Assembly: GCA_019115765.1 (NCBI GenBank)
Contig: DXCZ01000101.1
Location: forward strand, 9,051 to 73,050
From: Candidatus Mediterraneibacter stercoripullorum
Lineage (GTDB): Bacteria > Bacillota > Clostridia > Lachnospirales > Lachnospiraceae
Direction: 5' to 3'
Length of the DNA stretch: 64,000 nucleotides
Shown here piece by piece: positions 45,017-54,462 of the stretch (position 1 is the first letter of the stretch; each line of letters begins with the position of its first letter). The notes below the pieces were generated by a model that saw only the letters and a list, made by a program, of their open reading frames with translations, had not been told where the DNA came from and did no database searches. A program made the translations under genes and the position numbers.

Positions 45017-45041
45017 TTGACAGCGGCAGAAAGGTGATTTT

Positions 45042-45560
45042 ATGTCAGAGGCAAAATGGTATGTTGTTCATACTTATTCAGGGTATGAGAACAAAGTAAA
45101 GGCTAATATTGACAAGGCGATCGAGAACCGCCACCTGGAAGACCAGATCCTTGAAGTCCGTGTACCTCTTGAAGAGGTGGTGGAGCTCAAGAATGGTGTC
45201 CAGAGAACGGTTCAGCGTAAGATGTTTCCGGGCTATGTCATGCTCCATATGATCATGAACGATGATACCTGGTACGTTGTGCGGAATACCCGCGGCGTTA
45301 CCGGATTTGTCGGACCGGGATCCAAGCCGGTTCCGCTGGAAGACAGCGAGATGGAGAACCTGGGGATCAAACGGGATGACGTGGTGGTCGACTTTGGTGT
45401 GGGTGACACAGTCACTGTACTCAGCGGTGCCTGGGAAGGCACTGTGGGAGTTATCCAGAGCATGAATGAGCAGAAGAAGAGCCTGTCGATCAATGTTGAA
45501 CTGTTTGGCCGAGAGACTCCGGTTGAACTCAGCTTTTCAGAAGTGAAGAAAATGGATTAA
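45042..45560 (+). CDS. nusG: Transcription factor NusG
   Basis: WYVVHTYSGYE, FPGYV and FGRETPVEL motifs. Confidence 0.97.
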   Translation: MSEAKWYVVHTYSGYENKVKANIDKAIENRHLEDQILEVRVPLEEVVELKNGVQRTVQRKMFPGYVMLHMIMNDDTWYVVRNTRGVTGFVGPGSKPVPLEDSEMENLGIKRDDVVVDFGVGDTVTVLSGAWEGTVGVIQSMNEQKKSLSINVELFGRETPVELSFSEVKKMD

Positions 45561-45566
45561 AAAAAC

Positions 45567-45602
45567 GTGGGAGGGAGCAATCCCGCCAATACCACAAGGA
45601 GG
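45567..45602 (+). promoter_or_regulatory. L1-binding autoregulatory leader before rplK
   Basis: GTGGGAGGGA-gcaa-TCCCGCCAATACCAC adjoining the RBS. Confidence 0.75.
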
Positions 45603-45611
45603 TTATTTAAA

Positions 45612-46037
45612 ATGGCAAAAAAAGTAGAAGGTTATATCAAATTACAGATTCCTGCCGGCAAGGCAACTCCGGCACCGCCGGTTGGACCTGCACTTGGACA
45701 GCATGGTGTAAACATTGTTGAATTTACAAAACAGTTCAATGCAAGAACAGCAGATCAGGGAGATCTGATCATCCCTGTTGTTATTACCGTATATAATGAC
45801 AGAAGCTTCAGCTTCATCACAAAGACACCTCCGGCAGCAGTTCTGATCAAGAAAGCATGCAAGATCAAATCTGGATCAGGCGTGCCGAACAAGAATAAAG
45901 TTGCCACGATCACAAAAGATCAGGTGAAAGAGATCGCTGAGATGAAGATGCCCGACCTGAACGCTGCAACAATCGAGTCAGCAATCAGCATGATCGAGGG
46001 TACATGCCGTTCCATGGGTGTTGTAGTAGCAGACTAA
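45612..46037 (+). CDS. rplK: 50S ribosomal protein L11
   Basis: [15 protein letters not shown] and KMPDLNA motifs. Confidence 0.98.
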   Translation: MAKKVEGYIKLQIPAGKATPAPPVGPALGQHGVNIVEFTKQFNARTADQGDLIIPVVITVYNDRSFSFITKTPPAAVLIKKACKIKSGSGVPNKNKVATITKDQVKEIAEMKMPDLNAATIESAISMIEGTCRSMGVVVAD

Positions 46038-46158
46038 TACCGAAGCAGAAGAGATTCGGATTTATCAGACAGTGCCGATTCGTGAACTGGCCGGGTCCCG
46101 GGGAGGGGCGGGCCGGATACGCGGAACGGACCGGATATGCAGTAAATTCACGAAACAA

Positions 46159-46194
46159 GTGGGAGGGGATGTTCCCGCTAATACCACAAGGAGG
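46159..46194 (+). promoter_or_regulatory. L1-binding autoregulatory leader before rplA
   Basis: GTGGGAGGGGA-tgt-TCCCGCTAATACCAC; near copy of the rplK leader. Confidence 0.75.
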
Positions 46195-46205
46195 TTATTT
46201 TTAAA

Positions 46206-46898
46206 ATGAAACGAGGAAAGAAATATATCGAAGCTGCAAAACTGATCCAGAGAGGAAACCTCTATGAGAAAGAGGAGGCAATCGCCCTGGTAAAGAAAGC
46301 AGCAGTGGCTAAATTTGACGAGACAATCGAAGCTCATATCAGAACCGGATGTGACGGACGTCATGCTGACCAGCAGATCCGTGGTGCGGTTGTTCTTCCG
46401 CACGGAACAGGTAAGAAAGTACGCATCCTTGTATTTGCAAAGGACGCTAAGGCTGAGGAAGCTAAGGCAGCAGGCGCTGACTTCGTTGGCGGAGATGAGC
46501 TGATCCCGAAGATCCAGAACGAGGGATGGCTTGACTTCGACGTTGTAGTTGCTACACCGGATATGATGGGTGTTGTAGGACGTCTTGGACGTGTACTTGG
46601 ACCGAAGGGTCTCATGCCGAACCCGAAGGCCGGTACAGTTACAATGGACGTTACAAAGGCAATCAACGATATCAAAGCCGGTAAGATTGAGTACAGACTG
46701 GACAAGACAAATATTATCCACGTGCCGATCGGTAAAGCATCCTTTACTGAGGAGCAGTTAGCGGACAACTTCCAGACGCTTATCGATGCAATCAACAAAG
46801 CAAGACCGGCAGCTGTTAAGGGACAGTTCCTGAAGAGTGTTACTCTTACATCAACAATGGGCCCTGGCGTGAAGATCAACCCGATGAAACTTGCGTAA
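46206..46898 (+). CDS. rplA: 50S ribosomal protein L1
   Basis: KFDETIE, LPHGTGK and [11 protein letters not shown] motifs. Confidence 0.98.
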   Translation: MKRGKKYIEAAKLIQRGNLYEKEEAIALVKKAAVAKFDETIEAHIRTGCDGRHADQQIRGAVVLPHGTGKKVRILVFAKDAKAEEAKAAGADFVGGDELIPKIQNEGWLDFDVVVATPDMMGVVGRLGRVLGPKGLMPNPKAGTVTMDVTKAINDIKAGKIEYRLDKTNIIHVPIGKASFTEEQLADNFQTLIDAINKARPAAVKGQFLKSVTLTSTMGPGVKINPMKLA

Positions 46899-46926
46899 TT
46901 AATTGCGATAAACATGCGATAAAAAT

Positions 46927-46964
46927 GAGAAGCCATGTGCAGGACGGACTGTACATGGCTTCTC
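46927..46964. terminator. Strong hairpin after rplA (terminator or processing stem)
   Basis: gagaagccatgtgcag / ctgtacatggcttctc; no T-tract on the + strand. Confidence 0.5.
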
Positions 46965-47111
46965 CTGCGTTATGCCCGGCGAGTAATCGGTCAATCTCAG
47001 AAGGGGCGGACGCTACCGTACGCCGGGAGGTGTTAAATCCGGCGGGTAAGCGATTATTTGCTTGGCAAAAGACAGAGAATAGTGATTGGTATGAACTGGG
47101 AGTATATTAAG

Positions 47112-47948
47112 ATGGAACTGATTATCACTACCTTGATCGAAAATGAAGAAGATGAAAGAAAATGCCTGAAAAACGAACACGGACTCTCCCTTTATCTGGA
47201 ATATGACGGGGATAAGATCCTGTTTGATACCGGGCAGACGGGAAATTTTGTGGATAATGCGGCAGTGCTGGGGAAAACTCTGGACAATCTGGACTATGTT
47301 GTTCTCAGTCACGGACATTATGACCATGGAGGCGGTGTCAAACGTCTGCTCCCTCTGCTGGGCGGTGAGACGAAGATAGTTCTGGGAGAAGGGTATTTCC
47401 GCCCGAAATATAAAAGAACCGCTCAGGGATACCGTTTCAACGGCGTGTCGTTCTCGGAAGAAGTCCTGAGCGGGGGCGGAAATCCGGTCATTACAGTACA
47501 CGGGAAAATGGAGCGGATCGGAAAACGGCTTCTGGTCTTCCGCGATTTTACATATCGGACAAAGTTTGAAAAAGTCAATCCAAATATGTATATAAAAGAG
47601 CAGGAGTCGTTTATTCCGGATGAATTCAGGGACGAGATCGTGCTTGGTGTGGAAACGGAGGCCGGGCTGGTTGTCATAGCGGGATGCTCTCATGCAGGTA
47701 TCGTTAATATCCTGGAAGATATCATGGAAAGAAGCGGGCAGAGGATATTTGCTGTGATAGGCGGAACCCATCTGGTTGGAGCGGAAGATGAAAGGATCCG
47801 GCTTACCGCAGAGAGACTGAAGAATATGGATATCCAAATGCTGGCGGTCTCTCACTGTACAGGAGAGTCGGCTTCAGAGAAACTGAGAGAAGTGTTTGGC
47901 GGCAGATTTATTGTGAATAATACGGGAAATGTGATCACTGTGAAGTGA
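47112..47948 (+). CDS. MBL-fold metallohydrolase (COG1237-like)
   Basis: EHGLSLY, LFDTG, SHGHYDHGGG, GCSHAG, GGTHL and HCTG motifs. Confidence 0.9.
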   Translation: MELIITTLIENEEDERKCLKNEHGLSLYLEYDGDKILFDTGQTGNFVDNAAVLGKTLDNLDYVVLSHGHYDHGGGVKRLLPLLGGETKIVLGEGYFRPKYKRTAQGYRFNGVSFSEEVLSGGGNPVITVHGKMERIGKRLLVFRDFTYRTKFEKVNPNMYIKEQESFIPDEFRDEIVLGVETEAGLVVIAGCSHAGIVNILEDIMERSGQRIFAVIGGTHLVGAEDERIRLTAERLKNMDIQMLAVSHCTGESASEKLREVFGGRFIVNNTGNVITVK

Positions 47949-47990
47949 TTTTGTGATTTGGCAAAAGAAATTTATGCGAGGGAATGTTAT

Positions 47991-48884
47991 ATGAGACATA
48001 AGATGATAAATAATTTACTGCTTCTTCTTACCGCATTGATCTGGGGAAGCGCCTTTGTGGCCCAGAGCGTTGGGATGGACTATATCGGGCCGTTTTCATT
48101 CAATTGCGTTCGCAGTGTGCTGGGTGGGATTGTCCTCATGCCTGTGATATGGATCATGGGGCGGCAGAAAAAGAATGATCATAATGATAAGAGTGATACC
48201 GATTATAAAACTCTTCTGACAGGCGGTATCTGCTGCGGTATTGCTCTTGCTGCCGCAAGTTCTCTGCAGCAGATCGGCCTGGTGTATACAAGTGCAGGAA
48301 AAGCTGGATTTATCACAGCACTTTATATTGTGATCGTACCTGTGATGGGGCTGTTTCTCGGAAAGAAGACAGGGGTCCGCACGTGGATCGGCGTCGCGCT
48401 GGCAGCTGTGGGACTGTATTTCCTCTGCATTACAGATGGCTTTACCATATCCACGGGGGACCTGATCGTTCTTTTGTGTGCAGTAGTCTTCTCGATACAT
48501 ATCCTGCTGATCGATCACTTCTCTCCGAAGGTGGATGGAGTGCGACTCTCCTGCATTCAGTTCTTCGTAAGCGGAATCCTGTGCGCTGTCCCTATGCTGA
48601 TTGTAGAACAGCCACAGATTGGAGAAATACTGGCAGCCTGGCAGCCCCTGCTCTATGCGGGTGTCCTTTCCAGCGGCGCAGCTTATACCCTCCAGATCAT
48701 AGCACAGAAAAACACTGATCCCACCGTGGCCTCCCTGCTGCTGAGTCTGGAATCTGTATTCTCAGTGATCGCCGGATGGATTATCCTGGGAGAGAGACTG
48801 TCGGGGAGGGAGATGTTCGGCTGTGTGCTGGTGTTTGCAGCGGTGGTGCTGGCGCAGCTGCCGTCAAGGTCTTCGGGGACGTAG
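47991..48884 (+). CDS. DMT/EamA family transporter
   Basis: IWGSAFVAQ, AGFITALY and LLSLESVF motifs; ~10 TM segments. Confidence 0.92.
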   Translation: MRHKMINNLLLLLTALIWGSAFVAQSVGMDYIGPFSFNCVRSVLGGIVLMPVIWIMGRQKKNDHNDKSDTDYKTLLTGGICCGIALAAASSLQQIGLVYTSAGKAGFITALYIVIVPVMGLFLGKKTGVRTWIGVALAAVGLYFLCITDGFTISTGDLIVLLCAVVFSIHILLIDHFSPKVDGVRLSCIQFFVSGILCAVPMLIVEQPQIGEILAAWQPLLYAGVLSSGAAYTLQIIAQKNTDPTVASLLLSLESVFSVIAGWIILGERLSGREMFGCVLVFAAVVLAQLPSRSSGT

Positions 48885-49125
48885 TGAAATCGGGTTTTGC
48901 TACGTCCCTATTTGAAAATAGCCCTGTCCCTTTTTTAAATTTGCCCTGTCCCCTATCAGAAATATGCACAAAACCAGCCTTAAAGCGAGCCGGTAATCGC
49001 ATAAAATTTGTGCACTTTTCGAAAGGGGACAGGGCAAAACTCAAAAAGGGACAGGGCTATCTGCAAAAAGGGACAGGGCTATTTTCGATTTGGGACGTAC
49101 TGAAATCCGATTTTACTACGTCCCC
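48875..49125. repeat. 251-bp REPIN/MITE-like composite palindrome (family D)
   Basis: Terminal gggacgta..tacgtccc hairpins; internal GCCCTGTCCC x2 opposed to GGGACAGGGC x3. Confidence 0.85.
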
Positions 49126-50492
49126 AAAATAGTAACGATTTCGGGAAATTCCATCCCGTGGGACGCCTTCACCAGTATGGTATCTCCTTCTTTCAGTACG
49201 GAATCCTTCTCTGAGAAGAATTCATCCTTTGTATTATAATGATGAACTTCCACGTGTTTCTTTGAAGAACAGGCTTCTTCAGCTCCGCGGGCCGTCTCAG
49301 CAGTTAGTCCGCCGATACAGATCACAACGTCGATGCCTTTTTCAACTGCGTATTTACCGATTTCATAGTGCATTTCTTTTTCGGTTGGTCCCAGTTCGAA
49401 CATATCGCCCATGATGGCTACTTTGCGGGTGTCGGCGCAGGAGAGTACATCCAGTGAGGCGCGCATTGAGGCCGGGTTAGCGTTGTAGCAGTCATCAATG
49501 ATGGTATATCGGCCGGTCTCGATCAGGTTGTTGCGTCCGGCAATAGGAGTGAGGGCCTCGATGCCGCGGCTGATTTCTTCATCTGTCATCCCGAGAGCAT
49601 AACCGACTGCGGTTCCGGCAAGGGCATTGTAGACCATGTGGTCTCCGGGGATGGAAATGTGAGCGTGGAAGCGGGATGAAGGAGTCACGAACTCTGCATC
49701 TGTGCCCTTCAGCCCCCGGTTCTGTACGCTTTCGGCATGGAAAGGACAGGTCCGATCCAGTCCGAAGAATACGGGTGCAATACCGTTCTGGGGAGAGTAT
49801 CCGCGCAGCTTGTCATCGTCGCCGTTTAAAATAATGGAACCGTCCGGGTTCATAAAGTCGGTCATAGAGGTCTTTTCCTTCAAGATGCCGTCCCGGGATC
49901 CCATATTCTCCAGATGCGCGTACCCGATATTAGTGATCACGCAGATGTCCGGGCGCGCGATCCTGGCAAGAGGCTCCATGTCTCCGAAGTGACTGATTCC
50001 CATCTCCAGAACTGCGATTTCGTGTTCCTCACGGATATTGAAGACGGTAAGGGGAAGGCCGATCTCATTGTTGAAGTTTCCTTCTGTTTTAAGTACGTTA
50101 TACTTCTGAGAAAGCACAGATGCAATCATTTCCTTTGTGCTTGTCTTTCCTACGCTTCCGGTGATTCCCACGACTTTGATGTTGAGAGAACGGCGGTAGT
50201 GTTCGGCCAGATCTTTCAGCGCCTGTTCGCAGGACTCTACCTGGATATAGGGATAGGGGACGTCGCCCAGATCTATCTCGGAAACAGCGCAGAGAGCACC
50301 TTTTTCCATGACCTGGGGAATGAAGGCGTGTCCGTCCACCCGGGCGCCTTTGATTGCTACGAAGACGTAATCCTTCTCCACCTTCCGGCTATCGATGACA
50401 ACGCCCTGTGCCTCACGGCCTGCCAGAGATGCATCACCGTGGTAAATGCCTCCGCAGGCCTGAGCCATTTCCTGAATTGACATATGTTTCAT
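49116..50492 (-). CDS. murF: UDP-MurNAc-tripeptide--D-Ala-D-Ala ligase
   Basis: ITGSVGKTSTKE, GNFNNEIGLP, DCYNANP and LVKASHG motifs. Confidence 0.96.
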   Translation of the reverse strand: MKHMSIQEMAQACGGIYHGDASLAGREAQGVVIDSRKVEKDYVFVAIKGARVDGHAFIPQVMEKGALCAVSEIDLGDVPYPYIQVESCEQALKDLAEHYRRSLNIKVVGITGSVGKTSTKEMIASVLSQKYNVLKTEGNFNNEIGLPLTVFNIREEHEIAVLEMGISHFGDMEPLARIARPDICVITNIGYAHLENMGSRDGILKEKTSMTDFMNPDGSIILNGDDDKLRGYSPQNGIAPVFFGLDRTCPFHAESVQNRGLKGTDAEFVTPSSRFHAHISIPGDHMVYNALAGTAVGYALGMTDEEISRGIEALTPIAGRNNLIETGRYTIIDDCYNANPASMRASLDVLSCADTRKVAIMGDMFELGPTEKEMHYEIGKYAVEKGIDVVICIGGLTAETARGAEEACSSKKHVEVHHYNTKDEFFSEKDSVLKEGDTILVKASHGMEFPEIVTILGT

Positions 50493-50583
50493 AACCTTAT
50501 GATCCTCCTGTAAATATTATAAACTGATAAAAGAAAAGCCGCTGTACAGTATCCGTCTGATTTTCATCTGTACAGCGGCGTAT

Positions 50584-50731
50584 AAGTGTCCGTGCGCGCG
50601 TTCGCGCTAAGCTCGAAAATACCTCGCTAAGCGTTCACAGGGCACCCGGTCACTAGGCTCGAAAGGACCTCGCCAAGTGTCCGTGCGCGCGTTCGCGCTA
50701 AGCTCGAAAATACCTCACTAAGCGTTCACAG
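50584..50731. repeat. 57-bp direct repeat x2 with a related 34-bp spacer (family F)
   Basis: 50584-50640 and 50675-50731 differ by one base; gctcgaaaNNacctc occurs three times. Confidence 0.85.
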
Positions 50732-51782
50732 CGTATCTCGCTTCCAGGGATTTCTGGATGATGAGCTCGCACAGGTCGCCGTATTCGATGCCGATGGCCC
50801 GGGCTTCTTTTGGAAGCAGGCTGGCAGCGGTCATACCGGGGAGTGTGTTCATCTCCAGGCAGTACAGGTTTCCGTCTGCATCCAGCAGGAAATCAGCGCG
50901 ACTGTAGACGTTCAGCTTTAGCGCGTGGTATGCTTTTGTAGTCAGTTCTTTCATACGGTCGGAGATTTCTTCGGGTATATCGGCGGGGCAGACTTCCATG
51001 GTCGCGCCGTCCTGATATTTGTTCGCGTAGTCGAAGAATCCGGTCTTCGGGATGATCTCGATGGGCGGCAGCGCCTCGCCGTCGATGATGCCGCAGGCAA
51101 ATTCCCGGCCTTTGATATATGTTTCGATGACAAGTTCATCTTCGTAGAAGAAGGATTTCTCCAGTGCTTCCTTGTACTCTTCCTCGGTGCTGACGATATA
51201 GACGCCGATGCTGGAGCCTCCGGAGCAGGGCTTGATGACGACCGGAAGGGACAGGCCCATGGATGCAAGGCTTCGGTCCTTCTCAGATTTGTGCAGGCTT
51301 ACACCCATGGGAGTGTCGATGCCGGACTGGAGAAAGATCTGTTTAGTCAGACCTTTGTCCATGGCTACTGCGCAGCCCAGTGAAGAGGGGCCTGTATAGC
51401 GGATGCCCAGCAGGTCGAAAGTGGCCTGCAGTTTGCCGTTCTCACCTTCTCCACCGTGAAGTCCGATAAATGTAATGTCCGCCAGGCGGCACAGCTCGAT
51501 CACGTTGGGGCCGAGGAAGCAGTCTGACTGATCCGGACGGGAGGCTTTCACAGCCGCCAGATCCGGTTCCTCCTCGGAAATGTTGCCTGCGATCTCCAGC
51601 CCATGTCCGGGGAGAGTAAATACATCTTCCAGATTTTCCGGGGGATTCGCCAGTCCCATGTACACGTCCAGCAGATAGGCGTCATGTCCTTTCTCTACGA
51701 GGGTTTTACAGATTCCTGCAGCGGAGACCAGGGAGACGTCACGCTCCGTGCTCAGTCCTCCCGCCAATACAATGATCTTCAT
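50718..51782 (-). CDS. ddl: D-alanine--D-alanine ligase
   Basis: GGLSTERDVSL, LHGGEGENG, GSSIG, FDYANKY and EMNTLPG motifs. Confidence 0.95.
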   Translation of the reverse strand: MKIIVLAGGLSTERDVSLVSAAGICKTLVEKGHDAYLLDVYMGLANPPENLEDVFTLPGHGLEIAGNISEEEPDLAAVKASRPDQSDCFLGPNVIELCRLADITFIGLHGGEGENGKLQATFDLLGIRYTGPSSLGCAVAMDKGLTKQIFLQSGIDTPMGVSLHKSEKDRSLASMGLSLPVVIKPCSGGSSIGVYIVSTEEEYKEALEKSFFYEDELVIETYIKGREFACGIIDGEALPPIEIIPKTGFFDYANKYQDGATMEVCPADIPEEISDRMKELTTKAYHALKLNVYSRADFLLDADGNLYCLEMNTLPGMTAASLLPKEARAIGIEYGDLCELIIQKSLEARYAVNA

Positions 51783-51843
51783 GATAATATTGCTCCTTTG
51801 ATAATATATTTAGCAGATACAGGAATGTACAGGATGAAAACAC

Positions 51844-53301
51844 CTATGCATCCTGTCTGTTTGCGCTGTCCAGCAGCTCTTCCTTGGTGTCATAGAGCTT
51901 CCTGGAGAGATCCACGTAAACTCTGTGAGGATTGAAAAGACGTTTGGTTTCGTCCCACAGAGTTTCTTTTTCCTGGCGGCAAAATTCGGCGATTTCTTTG
52001 ACCGACGGAGAAGGATACTTGCATTCCCCGTTGATGAACACCGGCTTCAGGATCTCTTTCATGGTGTATGTGCCGCCTTTGAGCTTTGTCTTCTTCCAGG
52101 TGGCTTTCGGATCGAAGAGGAGCAGATCCTCTTCCGGATCAAATACTTCATCTGCGAAACAGATCAGGTCCGCGCGGATCTTGCCGGTCTCCTTGTCGTA
52201 AATGCGGTAAATGGTCTTGTTGCCCGGATTGGTGATCTTCTCGGTGTTCTCGGAGATCTTGATCTTCGGGGTAAATTCGCCTTCCGCGTTCTGGATAGCT
52301 GCCAGTTTGTATACGCCTCCGAAGGACGGGCAGTCCTTGGAGGTGATCAGGTTGGTGCCTACACCCCAGGATGTGATAGCCGCGCCCTGAATCTTCAGGT
52401 CGTTGATCAGGAACTCGTCCAGGTCGTTGGACGCTGCGATAACTGCATCGGTAAATCCTGCCTCATCCAGCATCTTTCTTGCCTTCTTGGACAGGTAGGC
52501 AAGGTCTCCGGAATCCAGGCGGATGCCGTAGCTCTTCGGGTGGATCCCGGTGTCGCGCATCTCTTTGAAAACGCGGATGGCATTGGGAACGCCGGATTTT
52601 AATGTATCATAGGTATCCACAAGAAGCGTGCAGGCGTCGGGATAGAGCCTTGCATACTCCTTAAATGCGGTGTATTCGTCCTTGAAGCTCATGATCCAGC
52701 TGTGGGCGTGGGTCCCCAGAACAGGAACGTCAAACATATGTCCGGCCAGCACGTTGGATGTGCCGACGCATCCGCCGATCATGGCAGCGCGGGCTCCGTA
52801 CAGTCCGGCGTCAGGTCCCTGGGCCCGGCGCAGTCCGAACTCCATGACTCCGTTACCCTGGGCAGCGTAGACCACGCGGGACGCCTTGGTGGCGATCAGG
52901 CACTGATGGTTGATGATGTTCAGGATGGCTGTCTCTACCAGCTGGGCCTCCATGATGGGGGCGATGACTTTGATCAGGGGTTCCTTCGGGAAGATCACGC
53001 TTCCCTCGGGGATAGCGTAGATATTTCCGCTGAAATGAAAGCCGCTCAGATATTGAAGAAAATCTTCGCTGAAAATACCCAGGCGTCTCAGATAATCTAC
53101 ATCGTCATAAGAAAAATTCAGGTTCTTGATATAATCGATGACCTGTTCCAGTCCTGCCATGATAGAGTACCCGCCCTGGTTGGGGTTGTCGCGGAAAAAC
53201 ACGTCAAATATGACGTTCTGATTATCCTGGGTCTCGAAGTATCCCTGCATCATGGTCAGTTCATACAGGTCGGTAAGCAACGTAAGGTTCTGTGCGCTCA
53301 T
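51844..53301 (-). CDS. pncB: Nicotinate phosphoribosyltransferase
   Basis: LLTDLYELTM, EFGLRRAQG, GTHAHS, LVDTYD and IRLDSGD motifs; promoter TTGTCC-17-TATAAT at 53470-53442. Confidence 0.95.
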   Translation of the reverse strand: MSAQNLTLLTDLYELTMMQGYFETQDNQNVIFDVFFRDNPNQGGYSIMAGLEQVIDYIKNLNFSYDDVDYLRRLGIFSEDFLQYLSGFHFSGNIYAIPEGSVIFPKEPLIKVIAPIMEAQLVETAILNIINHQCLIATKASRVVYAAQGNGVMEFGLRRAQGPDAGLYGARAAMIGGCVGTSNVLAGHMFDVPVLGTHAHSWIMSFKDEYTAFKEYARLYPDACTLLVDTYDTLKSGVPNAIRVFKEMRDTGIHPKSYGIRLDSGDLAYLSKKARKMLDEAGFTDAVIAASNDLDEFLINDLKIQGAAITSWGVGTNLITSKDCPSFGGVYKLAAIQNAEGEFTPKIKISENTEKITNPGNKTIYRIYDKETGKIRADLICFADEVFDPEEDLLLFDPKATWKKTKLKGGTYTMKEILKPVFINGECKYPSPSVKEIAEFCRQEKETLWDETKRLFNPHRVYVDLSRKLYDTKEELLDSANRQDA

Positions 53302-53514
53302 AATTATTTTCCCTCTTTTGTCTGATTTGATTTTCGGGTGGCATGAACGCGGTCGCAAAGAGGGCTGCGTTCACCGATACATGGCAGGTAGGATCATAGA
53401 ATATCCCCTGCCTGATGTCTCTTCCTCAGGCTGTCTTTTCGATTATAGCACAGGAGGGAGGAGGGGACAAGAAAAGCAGGGGATAAAATAGAAATATCTC
53501 AGCTGATGCGTTAC

Positions 53515-53699
53515 TGTTCATTCGTTCTCGGGGGTCCGCCATGCATGAGCTGTGATGCCCCGGCGGCCGCGCTTTCGCTCGGAGCATAGCGCAGCGGACA
53601 CGTAAAGCCGCAAAGTACGCGGCTTAAGTGCCGGCGCTCTGCTACGGGCCTTCGTGACAACACAGTTCCGTTATGGCTGGATGCTGAGACAAATGAACT
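53515..53699. repeat. Element B, copy 2
   Basis: Same 106-nt core as 39371-39476; outer arms have diverged but still pair with each other. Confidence 0.85.
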
Positions 53700-53705
53700 G
53701 TATCG

Positions 53706-54356
53706 TCAGCTGAAGAGGTATTTGATGTATTCCACGGCGGCGTCTTGCCGGGCGGAGTTGGCGATGATTCCCAGGTATACGGTGTCGCTGAAACCGGTCT
53801 GTTGTATGAGAGGGGACTGGGAGAGGTCCAGAGCTGTGTTTTCTGTAATGTATTCTGATGTCTGGCTGTACAGATCGGGATCGGAGCTGGACAACAGATC
53901 TCCTAGATCGCACAGATAGTCGTTGCGGGAGAGGATATCCAGAGCGGCCTGGTTCATCAGGACCATATCCAGTTCCTGGCTGTTGACAGAGGCCAGGACC
54001 TTTGCCTGCGAGGCGTAGGTATATTCATAGTTTGGATCGGATTCGTTGTCAGTGAGATAGAGTCCGGTCATGAGTTCGACTTCGTTTCTGGAAGGATCCT
54101 TGCCCAGATAGTCCAGATAACCGGAAGTCAGGCTGGAGGTAAATCCTTCGCCGGCGGAGACATTGATCAGTGCTGTGCAGAGCACGGTGTCCTTGTGGGT
54201 GACCTGCCCGTAGATGATATATCCGATGATGTAGATCAGAATACAGAGTACTGCCAGAGGAAGCTTATAGTAATCCCAGATATACCGGAGGCGCTGGCGC
54301 CCGTGCAATGATCTTATTTTTGCTATTTCATTAGAGATAGTCTTTTTTGTTTCCAT
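53706..54356 (-). CDS. Hypothetical single-TM protein with an extracellular domain (YIWDYYK motif)
   Basis: 216 aa; AAGGAG RBS; one TM segment; downstream of the YesL-like gene. Confidence 0.7.
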   Translation of the reverse strand: METKKTISNEIAKIRSLHGRQRLRYIWDYYKLPLAVLCILIYIIGYIIYGQVTHKDTVLCTALINVSAGEGFTSSLTSGYLDYLGKDPSRNEVELMTGLYLTDNESDPNYEYTYASQAKVLASVNSQELDMVLMNQAALDILSRNDYLCDLGDLLSSSDPDLYSQTSEYITENTALDLSQSPLIQQTGFSDTVYLGIIANSARQDAAVEYIKYLFS

Positions 54357-54462
54357 GACAATACTCCTTTTGCTCTTATACGGATGCGGGACAGGAAGAT
54401 ATGTTTTTCCTGCCCCGTCTGTTTTTTGACCTGCTGTATTACTATATCTGGTGAATTATTTC

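Noticed and set aside
50584-50731. CRISPR array
   Set aside because: Only two 57-bp repeats, the spacer is related to the repeat, and there are no cas genes. The same applies to 38280-38369.
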